From Podarcis vaucheri (taxonomy: Eukaryota), in the NCBI GenBank assembly GCA_965113315.1, contig OZ220373.1: a stretch of DNA of 64,000 bases; one strand, 5' to 3'. This document shows positions 26,441 through 41,270 of the stretch, piece by piece (position 1 is the stretch's first letter; the number at the start of each line of letters is the position of its first letter). The notes beneath the pieces are model-generated. The model did not search any database. It was not told the DNA's origin and saw nothing but the letters and a program-made list of their open reading frames with translations. The translations under genes and the position numbers were made by a program.

Positions 26441-28579
26441 CTATGGCACTTCTATAGTTAAGGAAGGGGGGGAAAACCACACCACCTCTGCTTCCTTATA
26501 ACCATTAGCCCCTAAAACACGTAAATATGCTGTGAACAGCAACATGACAAAAACATCTTGAAGAACCAGACAGTTGTGCTGAAGGGAAAGTTCTAATTGT
26601 CACAGGGTTTTATCTTTCCTTATCGTTTATAATAGTTTTAATGCTCCTTACAGACTGCACTATGGTTGAAATGTATTTTACACAATGCTTTACATATGAA
26701 GGTTTCGGAGAGTTATTCTATTTGAAGCTAAACTTATTTTAACAACTACAACAGAGTGAAGATTTAGGAAGCAGGGGTATAAGTGGGCCATGTTTATTAC
26801 AGAGAGCTCTAAAGCAGGGGTAGCCAGGCTGATGACTTCCAGATACTGCTGGACTACAACTCCCATCAGTCCCAGGCAGCACGACCAATACTCAGAGATG
26901 GTGGGAGCTGGAGTACAGCAACATCAGCAGGGCTCTGCTCTAAAGAATAGTCTGGTTGCTACACCCGTTAAGTAGGTTTTGCTACAGGCTATACCTGTTG
27001 AGAATGAGTTATATTTTAAATTATGCAGGTAAGACCCACCAGATATCACTCGATACCCGGAACAGGTGAAACTTCTTATGACACGGTTAGATGGCATAGA
27101 TAATTGATTCTTATTTCAAACAATTATCCAGTAATGGGCAGCATGCTGGGAACCCATGTTGGCGACCGTTTAAGCTGCCTATATGTGAACTCTTCCTCTG
27201 AGTTATGTATAGGCAATTAAATCAATTAGCCCTTGATCATCTTCCCTGTTAAATAAATGCCTCGGGGCACCTGCTAAATAACTTTTTTTTGGGGGGGTGG
27301 TACTGTATCCATCTATCATACAGAAATTGTGATATACCCCCAACCCCCGGCTGTTTTTGTAACACATGTTAGGTGGACACGGAAAATGTCAAATTCTCAT
27401 GAGAACTCAGTGGAATCCACTCTGCCCAGAAAATTTAAGTTGCTGTGGTGGTTCTTTTAAAAGTCAGCATACACAAAGTATTGCGGCATTAAGAGATGAC
27501 TGCCCAGACCTTAAAACACTGACTTTTAAATATTAACCACTGCAAAGAAACAGACTTGGGGGGCCTTTAAACATTACCAAGGCTGTGCAGCTGCTTTCTC
27601 TAAGGTAGCAGAGAGTAGAACATTTTTTTAAAAAACTCCAACATGTGAACAGAGGCTGAAGAGAAGCCGATGGCACAGTGCTTGACCACAGAATCGGCAC
27701 AACAGCGGGCACTGCCAATTCTGCAGGAAGGACCCAAGCTATTGGCCCCCCCTTGCCCGTGTGAGTGGGTCATGAAAAATGTGTGTCAGTTGTGCAGGAG
27801 TTGCTTGCAGAAAAGCAGCTTGAGCACAGTTAGGGCAGCGTTTAAAGGCCCCTGAGGTTTGAAAGGAAAACACAAAACGGAAAGCCAAATCCCTTCCCAA
27901 TGAATCCTTTCTCTGGCTCGCTGCTCAAATTACATTTCAAAGTCACAGCTGTACTCATTCTTGTGGAGAGGATTTGTGTTAAGGACAACTCTGGACACAG
28001 AGCGTCCAGGCTGCGAGATAAACACACGTATTGCAGCTCCAACTTCGAGGGTATGACTGCTCTACAAACTTAAATGGGATTCACTGTCATGGCTTCCTCC
28101 CAAAGAACCCTGGGAATCAATTATGTGATGCAGAGCAGGAATGTTCATCACCCTGACAAGGAACTAAAATCCCAGAGTTTCTTGGATGAAAATACATAAC
28201 TGGAACTGGGTGAAAACTGGTTTAAGTTTGTAGTGGAAGTGTGCCCTAGATTTTCACGCACGTGAATACACAAGAAGCCACCCTGCCTTTCAAACGTAAA
28301 ATGAGAAGCAATACTCAGAAACATTATTGCTATTGAGTTTTCATATCAAGTGAATGGAAGACTGCAAAGCAAGAGTTGGGCATCAACAACTCACCCCAAA
28401 TTATCTACATTATCCAGAAAGCTTCATAGATGCAACATCACTACAGTATTAAAAAAAATTATTTTAGCTAGCAGTGATGAAATCTATCCCACATGGTACT
28501 CATGTTCCGAAATATTTGGTAACTGTTTCTGACTCAAGTCTATGCTATGCAAGTGATCCCAAAGTGAATATTTCCTTAC

Positions 28580-28647
28580 AGATGCAAGTGCTTTCCCCAG
28601 TGCATCGCCTGTCTGTGAACTTCCTGCTGCTCCACTTCCTCTGTTTG
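28580..28647 (-). CDS. TCF4: TCF4 coding exon (exon 12 equivalent): (A)NRGSGAAGSSQTGDALGKALAS
   Basis: 68 bp; acceptor ttgtttttcag|CA, donor TCT|gtaagg; the E-protein signature GDALGKALAS is visible in ORF 28484..28723. Confidence 0.97.
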
Positions 28648-30290
28648 CTGAAAAACAAAAGAATGAACATAAAAGAAAGGCAGGAAAATAACCCCATTTT
28701 CTATTCTTGGTGCAGGTATCCATAATTCAATTGCATTTTAATGCTAATTGCATTGTGTGAACCCTTTAACTAGCATTAATTTTTGTTTGCCGTGGTAAAT
28801 CTCAAGCATACCTCAAGCACTGAATCGCCTTACGTGTGCTGCACACCGGAATTCCACACCCAAAGACCCAAAGGATATACTTTCGTTTTCCCAGAGGACC
28901 CTACCTACCCCATCAATTCCATGGTTATCCCTGGGGAAGATACTGGAGCAGGTCTTGGATACATTCTCTCCTAGAACAACTGAAGAGGATGCTTTGCAAA
29001 TAACTACAGCTTCTCCTACATAGCCATTCACTTTTCCCTGCAATAAGGGGACACAGAGGTCTTACTTTACTGCCTTTGCATTTCCTGCACTGCATGGGAC
29101 AGCACAGTCTAAGTCTATTGACACAGAGTAGCCAACAGATGCCCTCCAGATGTTGCTGATTCCGCCTCTCATCTGCCCCAGCCAGTATGGCCAATGGTCA
29201 GGAATGATGGGATTTGTCATCCAGCAACATCTGGAGGGTACCACACTGGCTAGTCCACAGAATGGACAGAATTGCTGCCTTCACCCCATCTTTATTTATA
29301 TCAGAGAGACAGGCAACCCTATATCTAGAGTCATTCAGAACACTCGAAACAACTGGGGAGGTGGGCTATTCCTGATTTCCTCCTCTGGGCTAAACTAGGC
29401 ACAAAGCCTTTTTCATGAAAACTTGAAGCAAGCTAGCAGTCTGTCATGAAAAAAATGTAAGCTCTTATTAAATAAAATAATTTATTTTAGCAAAAAAGCT
29501 AAATGTAGAATAAAACTTGATGAACAAAAGGTTACTTCTGCAGGTTCCTTTTCCTTACTTGAGTTGGATGGTATTATCAAGCAGGCTCTAAAAATTCAAC
29601 AGTTCTAGGATCCTATGCTCAATGTATGTCAGAGAGTTAAAACTGGAATTTTGGTTTGGTGGTCTCAAGGCCCCAGGGTCCTGGGCAACTCTAAATGACT
29701 CATATATCATGTGTCTTTAAGCAGACATCAAATAGGTAATAAGGTTCGGACAGCTCTCAGTTGATCCTACCTCTTTTTAAACATAAAACCTCCCATTTAT
29801 TGACCAGATGAGACTCCATGCCTTCAGGGCCATAGGGCAAAACATAAAAGACAACAAGAATCCAGAGCAGGGAAACCCACCTCCCCAATACGTACAAATA
29901 ACCATCCAATTAAAATCACAGAAGCATGGACCACTGGTGACAGAAGTAAACTTGGTTAACCATGCCAAGATGGAAGATAGCTCCCAAATGGTTCAAGCAA
30001 ACACCCCCTCCCCTACCTAGATATTACATGGCCCTCCCTTGAATTTTCAGGTTTCTGACATTACACCCCCACCAATTCTTTCATTGTGTAGCTACATAAG
30101 GCAAACCATGAAGACAGTATCCTACCCTACTGCACTCTATGAAGTAAATCTCCTTCTGCCTTCCAGATTTATGGGCAATTACAATGACACTGGGGCAACT
30201 GATAAACACTGAGCCCTTATTATTTATTGCATAATCCTACATTTTATTTTAGAATATTTAGTACTGTAACGGTGCAATCCTAATCATGTA

Positions 30291-30499
30291 CAGTGGTACC
30301 TTGGTTTACAACCATAATCTGTTCCGGAGCTCCGGTTGTAAACCAAAACAGGTTGTAACCCATGGTGCATTTTTGCCAATGGGGCCTCCCCCCCAAAATG
30401 GGTTGTAATCCAAAAAAAGGGACATGCATTTCCCAGTTTGATGTGGTTGTAATCCAAAATGGTTGTAATACCAAACGGTTGGAAACCAAGGTACCACTG
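30291..30499. mobile_element. Tc1/mariner (Tigger-like) MITE nested in an older palindromic repeat
   Basis: TA|cagtggtaccttggttt...aaaccaaggtaccactg|TA. Confidence 0.88.
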
Positions 30500-31302
30500 T
30501 ATTCTCAAGTGCAAATCCTACTGAGATCAATGGTTCTTATGAAGTTTACAGCATAAATAACTTTATATTAAACTGTATGTTAAATAACGTTAAACCTATT
30601 TGGCTGTCTATAGTTCAAGGTACCTTATCATAAAGTTTCTGGCTATGGTCTTGGAAGCAAAATACCCAAGCCAGAAGCTACTCTGAAAAGCTCCTCCTGC
30701 CCATCTTTCCATGAAAATGTAACCATAGTGGGAATGACTCCCTGCAATCTTGGTCCTGATTGGGAACTGGGAGGCCTAGGAACGCAAATCTGATGACGTG
30801 GAAATGTCAAGGATCGGGACCACACAGCAATGACATATTAAGAAATTGAATGTATTTGGGAAGTGACTCAGTCATTCGCCATGAGGATATAACTGTAAGG
30901 GATGATATAGTGATTAATCCTGCACATTTCTGGCATAATATCTAAAGGATTGTCCCTTTCCTGTACCCCCAACCCCATATATGTTTGTTTATGAATCTGC
31001 CTGTTCTCTTATGGTCCTCTGGTGAGGCCTCTTGTGTGAAGGTTTGGTGGGAATGTGTTGTTACAGCGTTTCTCTGTAACATCCATTCTGTTGCTTCCCT
31101 ACTGCCAGTCTTCCATCACGGCCTGAGGATATGGCTTTTTAGTGAATTACTGAATAATCCATTCCAGGCCTTTGGGAGGGGTTGAAGAGTGCAACGAACA
31201 ATTCAACTATGATAATTTATAACGTGCTTCGGAATCTTAACTGATTTTGTTTATTTCAATTATGATTCTCAACAGGTGCATTTGACCTTGTTTTTTATTG
31301 TA

Positions 31303-31543
31303 CAGTGGTACCTTGGTTTAAGAACAGCCCTGTTTACAAACTATTCGGTTTACGAACTCCGCAAAACTAGAAGTAGTGACCTGGTTTGTGAACTTTACCT
31401 TGCTCTAAGAACGGAATCCAAACAGTGGAAGGGCATCAGCAGCCGGAGGCCTCATTAGGGAAAGTGCGCCTCAGTTTAAGAATGGTTTCGGTTTAAGAAT
31501 GGACTTCTGGAACAGATTAAGTTTGTAAACCGAGGTACCACTG
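31303..31543. mobile_element. Tc1/mariner (Tigger-like) MITE
   Basis: TA|cagtggtaccttggttta...taaaccgaggtaccactg|TA. Confidence 0.88.
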
Positions 31544-31839
31544 TACTATGTTTTAATGATATTGATAATAAGGTATTACATTAGTAAGATATGAATAAAG
31601 AGGCTTGATTTTATTCAGTCCTAGCTCTTTTTGGATTTGAGTTTCATGGCAACCTTCCTATATAATAGATTTGTTCCCACCTGATGGCATTTAATGCCTT
31701 CTTAATGGTTGCTTTTATGGATTACCTGAGCCACTTTGGGCACTTCCATTTTGAGGGAGAAGGCCTAACTAATTTTTGAAAGAGCTCTGGCACAAATCTT
31801 TTTAGGATGTAAGTATCTGGTGTATGCCAGTACTATGTA

Positions 31840-32102
31840 CAGTGGTGCCTCGCAAGTCGAAATTAATCTGTTCCGCGAGTCTCTTCGTCTTGCGGTTTTT
31901 TCGTCTTGCGAAGCACGGCTATTAGCGGCTTAGCGGCTATTAGCGGCTTAGCGGCTTTAAGAAAAAGGAAACAAACTCACAAGAACTCGCAAGACGTTTC
32001 GTCTTGCGAAGCAAGCCCATAGGGAAATTCGTCTTGCGGAACGACTCAAAAAACGGAAAACTCTTTCGTCTAGCGAGGCATTCGTCTTGCGCGGCACCAC
32101 TG
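31840..32102 (+). mobile_element. Tc1/mariner MITE, gcaagacga family (copy 1)
   Basis: TA|cagtggtgcctcgcaag...cttgcgcggcaccactg|TA; repeated ttcgtcttgcg motifs and (tagcggct)n. Confidence 0.9.
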
Positions 32103-32114
32103 TATAAGTAAGTA

Positions 32115-32355
32115 CAGTGGTACCTCGGTTTTTGAACATAATCCATTCTGGAAGAGTATTCGGCTTCTGAAACATTTGAAAACCGAGGCGCAAAGGGATA
32201 ATTTCAATTTCAGTGGAGAAAATTGAAAAATACGCAGTGGAAGCAGTTTGACTTCTGAGACTCATTCGAAAATGGAAGCATTTACTTCTGGGTTTTCGGC
32301 GTTTGAAAACCTAAATGTTCAGCTTCCGAGATGCTCGAAAACCGAGGTACCACTT
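32115..32355. mobile_element. Tc1/mariner (Tigger-like) MITE directly adjacent to the previous one
   Basis: TA|cagtggtacctcggttttt...aaaaccgaggtaccactt|TA. Confidence 0.85.
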
Positions 32356-33869
32356 TACTAGATGTGTTCCTTGCTGAAATACCAGAAGCCCCATAAGTAT
32401 TGACATTCCACCAGCTTTTGAAGGAACACTTGGTTTAGGCATTTTCAACCAGTTTGTTTTATTAGATATTTTGATTGTGGGTGCCTTTAATGCATTGATG
32501 GAATTATTTTGTTGTGTACTTGAATTAGGAATGGATTTTATAATTGAACTTATACTTGTAAACAGCTTGGAAGCCATTCGGCATATGATGGGTAGACTAT
32601 ATAAATTTAATACTACTAATGCCAGGATTATGTAAAAACCGACCCAAACATCTCACTATGAAATCTGGTCTCAGATTGCAACCTTCTCAGGTATGTAAAA
32701 TGTTGACAGAGTAAACAATGTTGATGCAACCTAAAAGTGACTCTGATTAAGAGTATAATAAGATCTCTGCTGGATCAGACCAAGGCCTACCCAGCCCAAT
32801 ATTCTGTTCTCATGGTTTAGTTGAGCCAAAGAATTATTTTTTTGATAAAGCAGTTACTGTGAGTTAACAAGCAAAACTCTTACAACCCGGCATCAACTTC
32901 CTGGATGGAACACAAATCTCTGAGTTGCACAAAAGTTATGGTTATAAGACTTAAGAAAGAGAACGGAAACTTGGGTCAATTTGATATTTTCACTCTTCCT
33001 AAGATAAGAAGTACTGACACAGCAGGATAAAAATTCATGTCCCTCCTGTGCCATATGACAGTTTATCACCCCACTGCACTGGAAGCTTAACACGCTTGTA
33101 AAAAAAATAAAAATCAAGTGCAGTATTATGTGACTGTTCTAATAATAAAATCACAGTAAAACCAAGGCCTCAAGGGAAAGCACACATAATGTTTCCACTA
33201 AAAAAGCCACATACTGCCATGCGTCATGTCATTCAAACATGTCATTTAAAGTGAGAGTAGAAAGCAGGATTAATACATGAATGAGGGAGATATTCTGGAG
33301 TAATCTTTAGCATATGCTGCATTAAATCTCTTCTGGTAAGTGGCTGACTGAATGCCACATAGCTTTGAACCTTTGAAAACACATGGGTAATGCTCTGCAC
33401 AGACTTAAGCATCGTTTTCAGTTAATATCCTCACATGATCCACTCAGGAAACTGGAACTGTTGTGTTCACAGCTCTTTAGGACATCAGCTGTTGATACCC
33501 ATGGTCTGTGAAAGTTTCTCTCGTCCAGAGAGAAAACTCATTGTGCATGTAATTTTTTAAGGCGTATCCGTAACTTGAATAAAGCAAACACTTTTTGGGG
33601 AGGGAAGGGAAAATAATGGGGAAATAATAAGGCAAGTGGCTGTGCTTGTAGTATGTAGAGATGAAATTCCATTTCCAAAGAAGTTGACAAGAGGTGAGCC
33701 TTGTGCAGGCATCTGTGCAGCAAGGACTTTAACCACCCACACCGTTTTAGTCATAATATATTCGAAAAGCATAGAGAAGCAATCCTTTCTGATGACACAA
33801 CTGATGAAACATGGCCTCTTCCCTCTTGCAGAATCTTGGGGGAATCAAAGAGAAGCTTGACATTCCTCA

Positions 33870-34058
<189 letters not shown>

Positions 34059-35724
34059 TCAGCCAGCAGAAGAGCACGTTAACAGCTGGACCTCTGCATT
34101 TGGAGCACTTCAACTTTCTTTAAAACGTGTGGGACACAGCTTTCTGAGCAGATATATATTCATTAAGATATATGATATAATAATAACGCACACATATCTC
34201 ACAGCTGGGCATGCTGCCTGTGTGAAAGGACATGGGGCTCTGCAGGCTGCCTGTGTGAGCCTAACCTCCTTTAGACATGCCCCAACCTCCCTCTTCTAAT
34301 GCGGTTCAATTAAATAATTATTACATATATCAGATTTTATTGGGGTTTCACCATTTCAGACTCACTTGCAATGGTATGCACAAATGCACACACCTACTTC
34401 ACAATGAAATTTCTGGCAATGAGCCTGGAAAGACTGCTGGTGGAAGACACAATGGGGGGAACCAGAAGTCCTACAGAGCACTAGTTCAGCCTTCTGTAGG
34501 GAGTTCACCAGAGAGCCATTCCTATGCCACTGTTTGATATAAAGCTCCCAGATCTGGTGCTCTCCATCAGTGTGGGACACCGGACATTAGAGGTCGCTAG
34601 GTGAATCCCACCATAGATGTACCCTCCTGTATGCAGAGAACTAGAACATATAAATATATGGGCTTTTGTAGCCTCACATCCCAGAGACTACTCTTATCCC
34701 ATATACAACAGATGGGCAGCATAAACAATAGAAATGTTTGTCATGTTCCATTTTGAAGACATGAGATGTTTACAAATATTTATTTCTATTCTGCTCTATC
34801 CCAAGGTGGTTGCATGCTCAAAGCCGCAATATAAAAATAAACTCTAAGAGACGTCAACAAAGATATACGCCTATGACTTGCAACAAATTTAAATGATGTG
34901 TGATCCAGCTAAACTCAAACCTATTTGTCAAAGCACTTTCAAGTCCTGTTGAATTTGGTGGAAGAGAATTAAGCATGCACCTAACTCTTGCGCAGTGCAA
35001 TCCAATCCAATCTATGTTTACTTGGGAGCAAGATCCACTATGCTCAGTAGAGTTTGCTGCCTTGCCAGTGCTTCTGGGATTTCAGCCCCAGTGAACCAGT
35101 GGGATATAAAAGGGGGTTAAACTTCAGCTGCATTACGTCCACAATTTGCAATGATGATTTAGCATTGTGTTAGGGCAGCCTTCCCCAAGCTAGTGCCTTC
35201 CAGATGTTTTGGACTACAGCTTCCAGTGCTAGCCTGGGGCTGATGGTAGTTGTAGTCCAAAATATCTGAAGGGCATCAGGTTGACTCTCTAGCTGGGTTA
35301 GAGCTGCTACACTGGTTTCCTGGTAGGAGGGTTACACCATGCCTGAGCCACTCTGTGTCTCCTGCTAGTGCACCTGCACCATGCCTACCTCCCTGCCACC
35401 TCCCCTCTCAGTAAGGAACAGAGACCCAGCTTCCAAGAACCTAGTGCAGTGGCTTCGCCCCACCCAGCAACCTGTTTCTGTCAACCACAGTTGAGGAATG
35501 TCAAAAAGAAGTTGTGTGCTAAAAGTAGGTTGATTCCTATTGAGTGTTTTTCTTCTTTCTTCTCTTGCATAGCTTAACACACTGGTCTTCAACTGGTGGT
35601 CGTGGCCTTATCCAAGGTGGGTTGCAACAGGCACACTGCCACCATGCAAATACATGGTAAAGGGTTTAGAAATGGGTCTTAAAAGGTTAAAAGTGAGTCC
35701 TGGGTTCTCAAAACGATGAAGATA

Positions 35725-35943
35725 CAGTGGTACCTCTGGGTGCGAATGGGATCCATTCCGGAGCCCCGTTTGCATCCTGAAGCAAACGCAACTTCACCGC
35801 TTCCACGCGTGACGTCATTTTGAGCGTCTGTAAATGCGTGAATGGCAAAACCCGAAAGCAACGTGCTCCATTACTTCCGGGTCGCCGTGGAGCGCAACCC
35901 GAAAATGCTCAACCCGAATCTACTTCAATCCGAGGTATGACTG
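35725..35943 (+). mobile_element. Tc1/mariner MITE with asymmetric termini (cagtggtacctc / gaggtatgactg)
   Basis: TA TSD on both sides; same family and orientation as 50515-50740. Confidence 0.85.
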
Positions 35944-36784
35944 TACCTGGCTTAACAGATTTATTAAGTTGTTATGCTGGAAATTGGAAGATCTGCATGG
36001 AAGGTTCTGCCCCCTGGCTCCTTCTCCCACTCATGGATCTGTTCTGCTGTGACAGACCAGCTCCATCAGGCCTCCTCTCCCTCAATTGTCACCTGGGAGC
36101 AGCCATACCATCAGGCTACCTCAGTGGGGGAGCTGGGAAGCAGGGCTCATTCCATCAGCTCTGCCAAAAAACCAGCTGTATCAGGTACTTCCTACCCCTG
36201 AATTGTGCCAGCTGTTCATTATAAGAAGAACTGTTTAAGTACAGGTGCCTGAGTTTGATTTTTTCGTCTTCCCTCCCTGTCCCTTCTCCCTTGTGTGTTG
36301 TTGTTTTGGATTGTAAGCCTGCAGGCAGGGACTGATTTGTTTTAATTGACTGCATGTAAGCCACTCTGGGAGCCTGTTGACTGAAGAGTGGGGCACAAAC
36401 GCTCCAGATGAATGAATGAATGATCTTTACTGTTAAAAGCAGTGTGCAAAAACACACACACCAGCTCAAACTGGCACCAGTTTCCAACAACACTCCTTCT
36501 CGGTATGCAATTATAAGCTCTTTTGCCTTGAAGTAAGTTAGATGGCTATGATAGCACAGAGATTGAAAGTTTATTTGTTTTATTTATAAACAACCTCCCC
36601 CCATGCTATTTATTACCTTTTTATCTACAAACCCTACTAATAGCCCTCTTTCCCTTTCAGGACCTACCAGGGCACCAAACTTCTTTCTTTTTAAAAATCC
36701 CCACTGGAAATAAATAAAAAAAATTAGCAAAGGAATGCACAGAACAGGCCTTTCCATTGCATAGGTATGTGCAGTGGTACATGG

Positions 36785-36993
36785 CATGGTGGCGTGATGT
36801 TCACCTGACCTTACAACAGCTGAGTCTCTGTTGCTTACCAGGAAGGAGATGGAGAGGGGTAGATGGCAATCTGGCACTCCTGCTGGCACTTTTGCAATGC
36901 GCCAACCCCCTCACCACCTTGTCCCTCTCCCTCCCAGGAAGCAACAGTGACTCAGCTGTTGGGAGGCCAGGTGAGCATCACCGCCCTACCATG
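36785..36993. repeat. Imperfect ~75-bp inverted repeat (probable old MITE)
   Basis: Arm gtgatgttcacctgaccttacaacagctgagtctctgttgctt pairs with aagcaacagtgactcagctgttgggaggccaggtgagcatcac. Confidence 0.8.
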
Positions 36994-37994
36994 TGCTGAA
37001 CTGAAACTCTCCCCCCCCCAGCTTATGAAAAGTTTTCTTCCTACAATGAAAGAGGCTGTTTCATTTGCAGGGTGCTTCAGAAATTCTTCAGAACTCCTGT
37101 GAGTGTGATTTGAGCTTACCTTATCTTTCTAGGGTGCCTGAGGCTGGGGTTTGTGTTTTTTCTTTTCGTTATACTTTTCTCCAGTGTTTTGCAGCCTCCC
37201 TAGCTGCCCGCACTTCCTGATCTGAAAAAGCCCTGTAGGAGGAGTTACCTCTTGCTGTCTTCTCCCGGCCTTTAACTGAAGCATGGGAAGTGGACAAGGC
37301 TGGCTACTGAGTGCCTAAGATTAGTGCACTCATTGATTTAATTTTTTAGGGAAGCCCTTCCTTTTACCTTTACCAAAAAAAAAAAATTAAAAACCCACAC
37401 TACTTTATTTATAAGTAAAAAGGGGGGGGGGAAAGGCTTAATTGTGTTAAAAATAAAGTTGTTGTCCTTTCTGCACTTACAGGGAAACACACTTCAGGGC
37501 ATCATGGAGTTTTCAGGAAGTGTAGACAACTTGAAAGGCTACAGAATGATGATCACTAGACTGATAGTTTGTAGAACAGGGGAAAAAGACATTCACAAAC
37601 CCTCTCGCCCACCTCAGAAATAGCATGAGCGCAACAAAAGCCCTGCATGTCTTCCATGAAAATGTTACCAACATTTTATTTCCCTTCTAATTTTCAAATG
37701 AATGTTGTTGCGTTTTTTTAAAAAAAGTAGTAGAAGATGCCATTTTCAGAACAGCACTCTCACACATACACAAAGAATGATGCTTGCGCAACAGGGCTTT
37801 CCTCTGTTCCTCTCTGAAATGGCCCTCAATAATGGTAAGGGGAAGGGAGTTGGGAGACCAACGCCCCCCCCCCAAACAAACAGAACAGCATGTGGGGAGA
37901 GGAGAAGGTGGAGCATTCCAGCAGACAAAATGAAATGTTTGCGCAGATGGAACATACGTTATAACGTGATGTTGAAATCCACTCATTGGCTTAC

Positions 37995-38128
37995 CAAGCG
38001 GTCATGAGGATGAAGACTGCAATAGCTACTGGACTGTGGAATATGAGAAGAATTGCCCAGCATTCCGCCATAACCAGGCTGATTCATCCCACTGGAGGAG
38101 CTCCACGGATCACTGCTGTGATGACCGT
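37995..38128 (-). CDS. TCF4: TCF4 coding exon (exon 10 equivalent): (D)[44 protein letters not shown]
   Basis: 134 bp; acceptor ttctgttttacag|AC, donor TTG|gtaagc; in frame with previous exon. Confidence 0.97.
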
Positions 38129-40033
38129 CTGTAAAACAGAAAAGAAAAATAGGCTTCTCTGAAGGCTTGGCTACCTAACATTCTGGTGTTGTGTTTCCAG
38201 TAAATGTTAAAATTAGCATTCTAATAAGGTCTGGTGCACACCTAATGCTCTGCTGTGTTGGGTAGCAGTTTACGTTAAAAGATAGCAATCGCAAATGGGA
38301 AGAGCTATGCATCACCCTTTTGCTTCCCAAGGGCTACACTAATTTTATATAAGTATGTGCTCATGATTAAAAAAAAAGTTTGCTCCAGAGAAAAGCAAAT
38401 GACATCTTTTGAATCACCACCAATTAGTCATAGGTCTTATGTGCAAAGACTTTCCTATAGTTTGTTGTGCTATCTTTATCTAAATCCTAAATACCTACGA
38501 CCTATATTGTTACACATTTTTGCTAGGGTAAAAGAGGAGCTTAAAATAGGGTGTTATTAAAATTTCTATGTGACCCTTCCTTCCAAAGGAGTCACACAAC
38601 CATCATAAATACCATCCATACTATAATTAAAGCATCTAAAATTACATATCTAAACAATATAAAAACATGTAAAAAATGGAATTCCTCCATATTCAGGCAC
38701 TATTCACGTGGTGAACTGGAGCGTTTCCATGACATTTATTCAATAAAGTGAATATTGTACATGTTTCATTTTTTAAATTAATAAAGAAAGCCAGACAAAA
38801 GTAAACATATGAATGAGCAGAGGACATATTTTGACCACCTTTACCAATCTTTAGATGGAAGTATGATAGAAGAGCCCTGGAGGCGGGGCCTTTTCTGTGG
38901 TAGCATCACACCTTTGTAATGCCCTCTCTGGGAAAATATTACAGGCTCTCTTTCTGCTTGTAGCTGGGCCCGTGGAAAAAATGTATCCAGACAGGCATTT
39001 GATGGGCAATTCTAACTGCTTTTATGCGGCTGTAGGGAACAATCTTAAATCCTAATCCATGCTGCTAGAGATTAGGATTTAGAAGAGGTGGTCCTCTGCC
39101 AGGCTCTGCCAGCAGAAGTGCTGCTACAGGTGTTTCTGCTCTGCCCACTGAAGGTGGGAGCTGTCATGAAGTTGGAATCCTGCCACTGGTAGTCAGTGTA
39201 AGGCTCTGAAAGAGGAAATATCACGGGGGGGGGGGCGGTGCAGAGAGAAGCAGGGCTAGTGATGGATCTGCTGGAGCTGGCACATTAAAAATCCACCTCC
39301 ACCTTCTGCCCTGATTGGCAGGTGCTAGTTCCAATTGTCACTGAGGCTGAGTTAGGATTGCTCCATCCATCTTTGAAAACTGGTGTCTCTTAATGCTTAC
39401 GTTTCTAATGCGTGTGCAGTCTTTTATTTGCGCATTTGGGCAATAATACCATTCTGATTTTGCAGTTATTATAGATGTTAATCCCACTGCTGGGCGAGTA
39501 AGGATTTTCTTGCTTTATAACTGATTATTGTGGATAAACACTTTTCGTGTGCAGTATTGTTTTAATGGATACGTTCACTACGTATATTTCGTTTTTGCAT
39601 TCTACTTTGGTTATGGCAAGTGACAAACTAAACAACAACAATATTTTGAATTGTTTATATGGTTGTTTAGGTTATTGCATGCCAGTGTGAATAAAAAGGT
39701 AGAGCCGAAATGAATGACTATATATATATGCCTAGAATATTGTCCCGTCGTCTCTCAAAGCAAGGCTGAATAACTTTGTAGAAACATAACAAAGGGAGCA
39801 AATAGGCAAGCTATTCAGTTTTATTAATTTCTAAAATGTGCATGAAGTTTAATGCTTTAATTTTAGGACATAAGCTTAACTGTTCAAGTTTGCCTTGGGG
39901 TACATGATATTTAAACCTCAAAACTGAGGAATATCAAAGGCATGAGTGACCTGCAGTATTCAAAAGGAGAACCAGGAGTTTCAACAATATTTCGGGGCTA
40001 AGTCCTTTAGAGTTTTAAACAGTAATGTGATCA

Positions 40034-40306
<273 letters not shown>

Positions 40307-40693
40307 CTATGGTGGAAAAAGAGGAGAAAATAATCGCATTTAGTATTCCACCAAGAATGACTGCACTTGAAACAAGGGGGTTAAAAATGGGATTTTTATC
40401 CCTATTCTTTATTCAGCACAATCCACTTCATCATGTTAGATTCTGTGCTTCATTTGAAACTGAAATAGGAAAAAAACTCCATAGCTATTTGTAATAGAGA
40501 ATGTTTTAGGCCTGGTTCACACTAAGGTGGCAAACTAGTTTGGGCTGTACAGGTGGGATCTCACATTGCTGAAAAACTAACATGCTGGAGAAAAGGTTAG
40601 ATTAGGTTACCCTTCTCCCCGATATCTGGTTTGCTCTATGGAAATTTCATATAGTCAGGGGAGCATTCAATCATGTGAGCAGTCAGAACAGTA

Positions 40694-41110
40694 CAGTGGT
40701 GCCCCGCAAGACGAAATTAATTCGTTCCGCAATTTTTGTCGTCTAGCGAATTTTTCGTCTTGCGAAGCACGAAATCCCATAGGAATGCATTGAAAATCAA
40801 TTAATGCGTTCCTATGGTCAAAAAAAGTCCAAACAAAGCCAAATTTGGTACAACAACAGTTTATTAACTGCTCTTTAAAGTCACACATACTGTAAAGAGC
40901 AGTTCAGAAATGTAAGGGGAAATAAATTAACTTTATAAACAAAACATGTCTTTGTTTTTAGACAAAGGAAACAAAGTCGCGAGACGTTTTCGTCTTGCGA
41001 AGCAAGCCCATAGGGGAAATTCGTCTTGCGAGGCAAATCGCGAACGGAAAAAAACTTTCGTCTAGCGAGTTTTTTGTATTGCGAGGCATTCGTCTTGCGG
41101 GGCACCACTG
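40694..41110 (+). mobile_element. Tc1/mariner MITE, gcaagacga family (copy 2)
   Basis: TA|cagtggtgccccgcaagacgaa...ttcgtcttgcggggcaccactg|TA, perfect 22-bp TIR. Confidence 0.92.
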
Positions 41111-41270
41111 TACAACCCAGGCATGGATTGGATATGAAGATGCCTTGCATTACACTAAAGGATTTCAACTTGTTCAAGGTGTGCCCTCAAATCTCTCTTG
41201 ATTGCTTCTCCGTCCCTGGAGAGCTCTATGCTCTGCCCCATCCTATCCCACTAAGCATGAATTATGCAGA

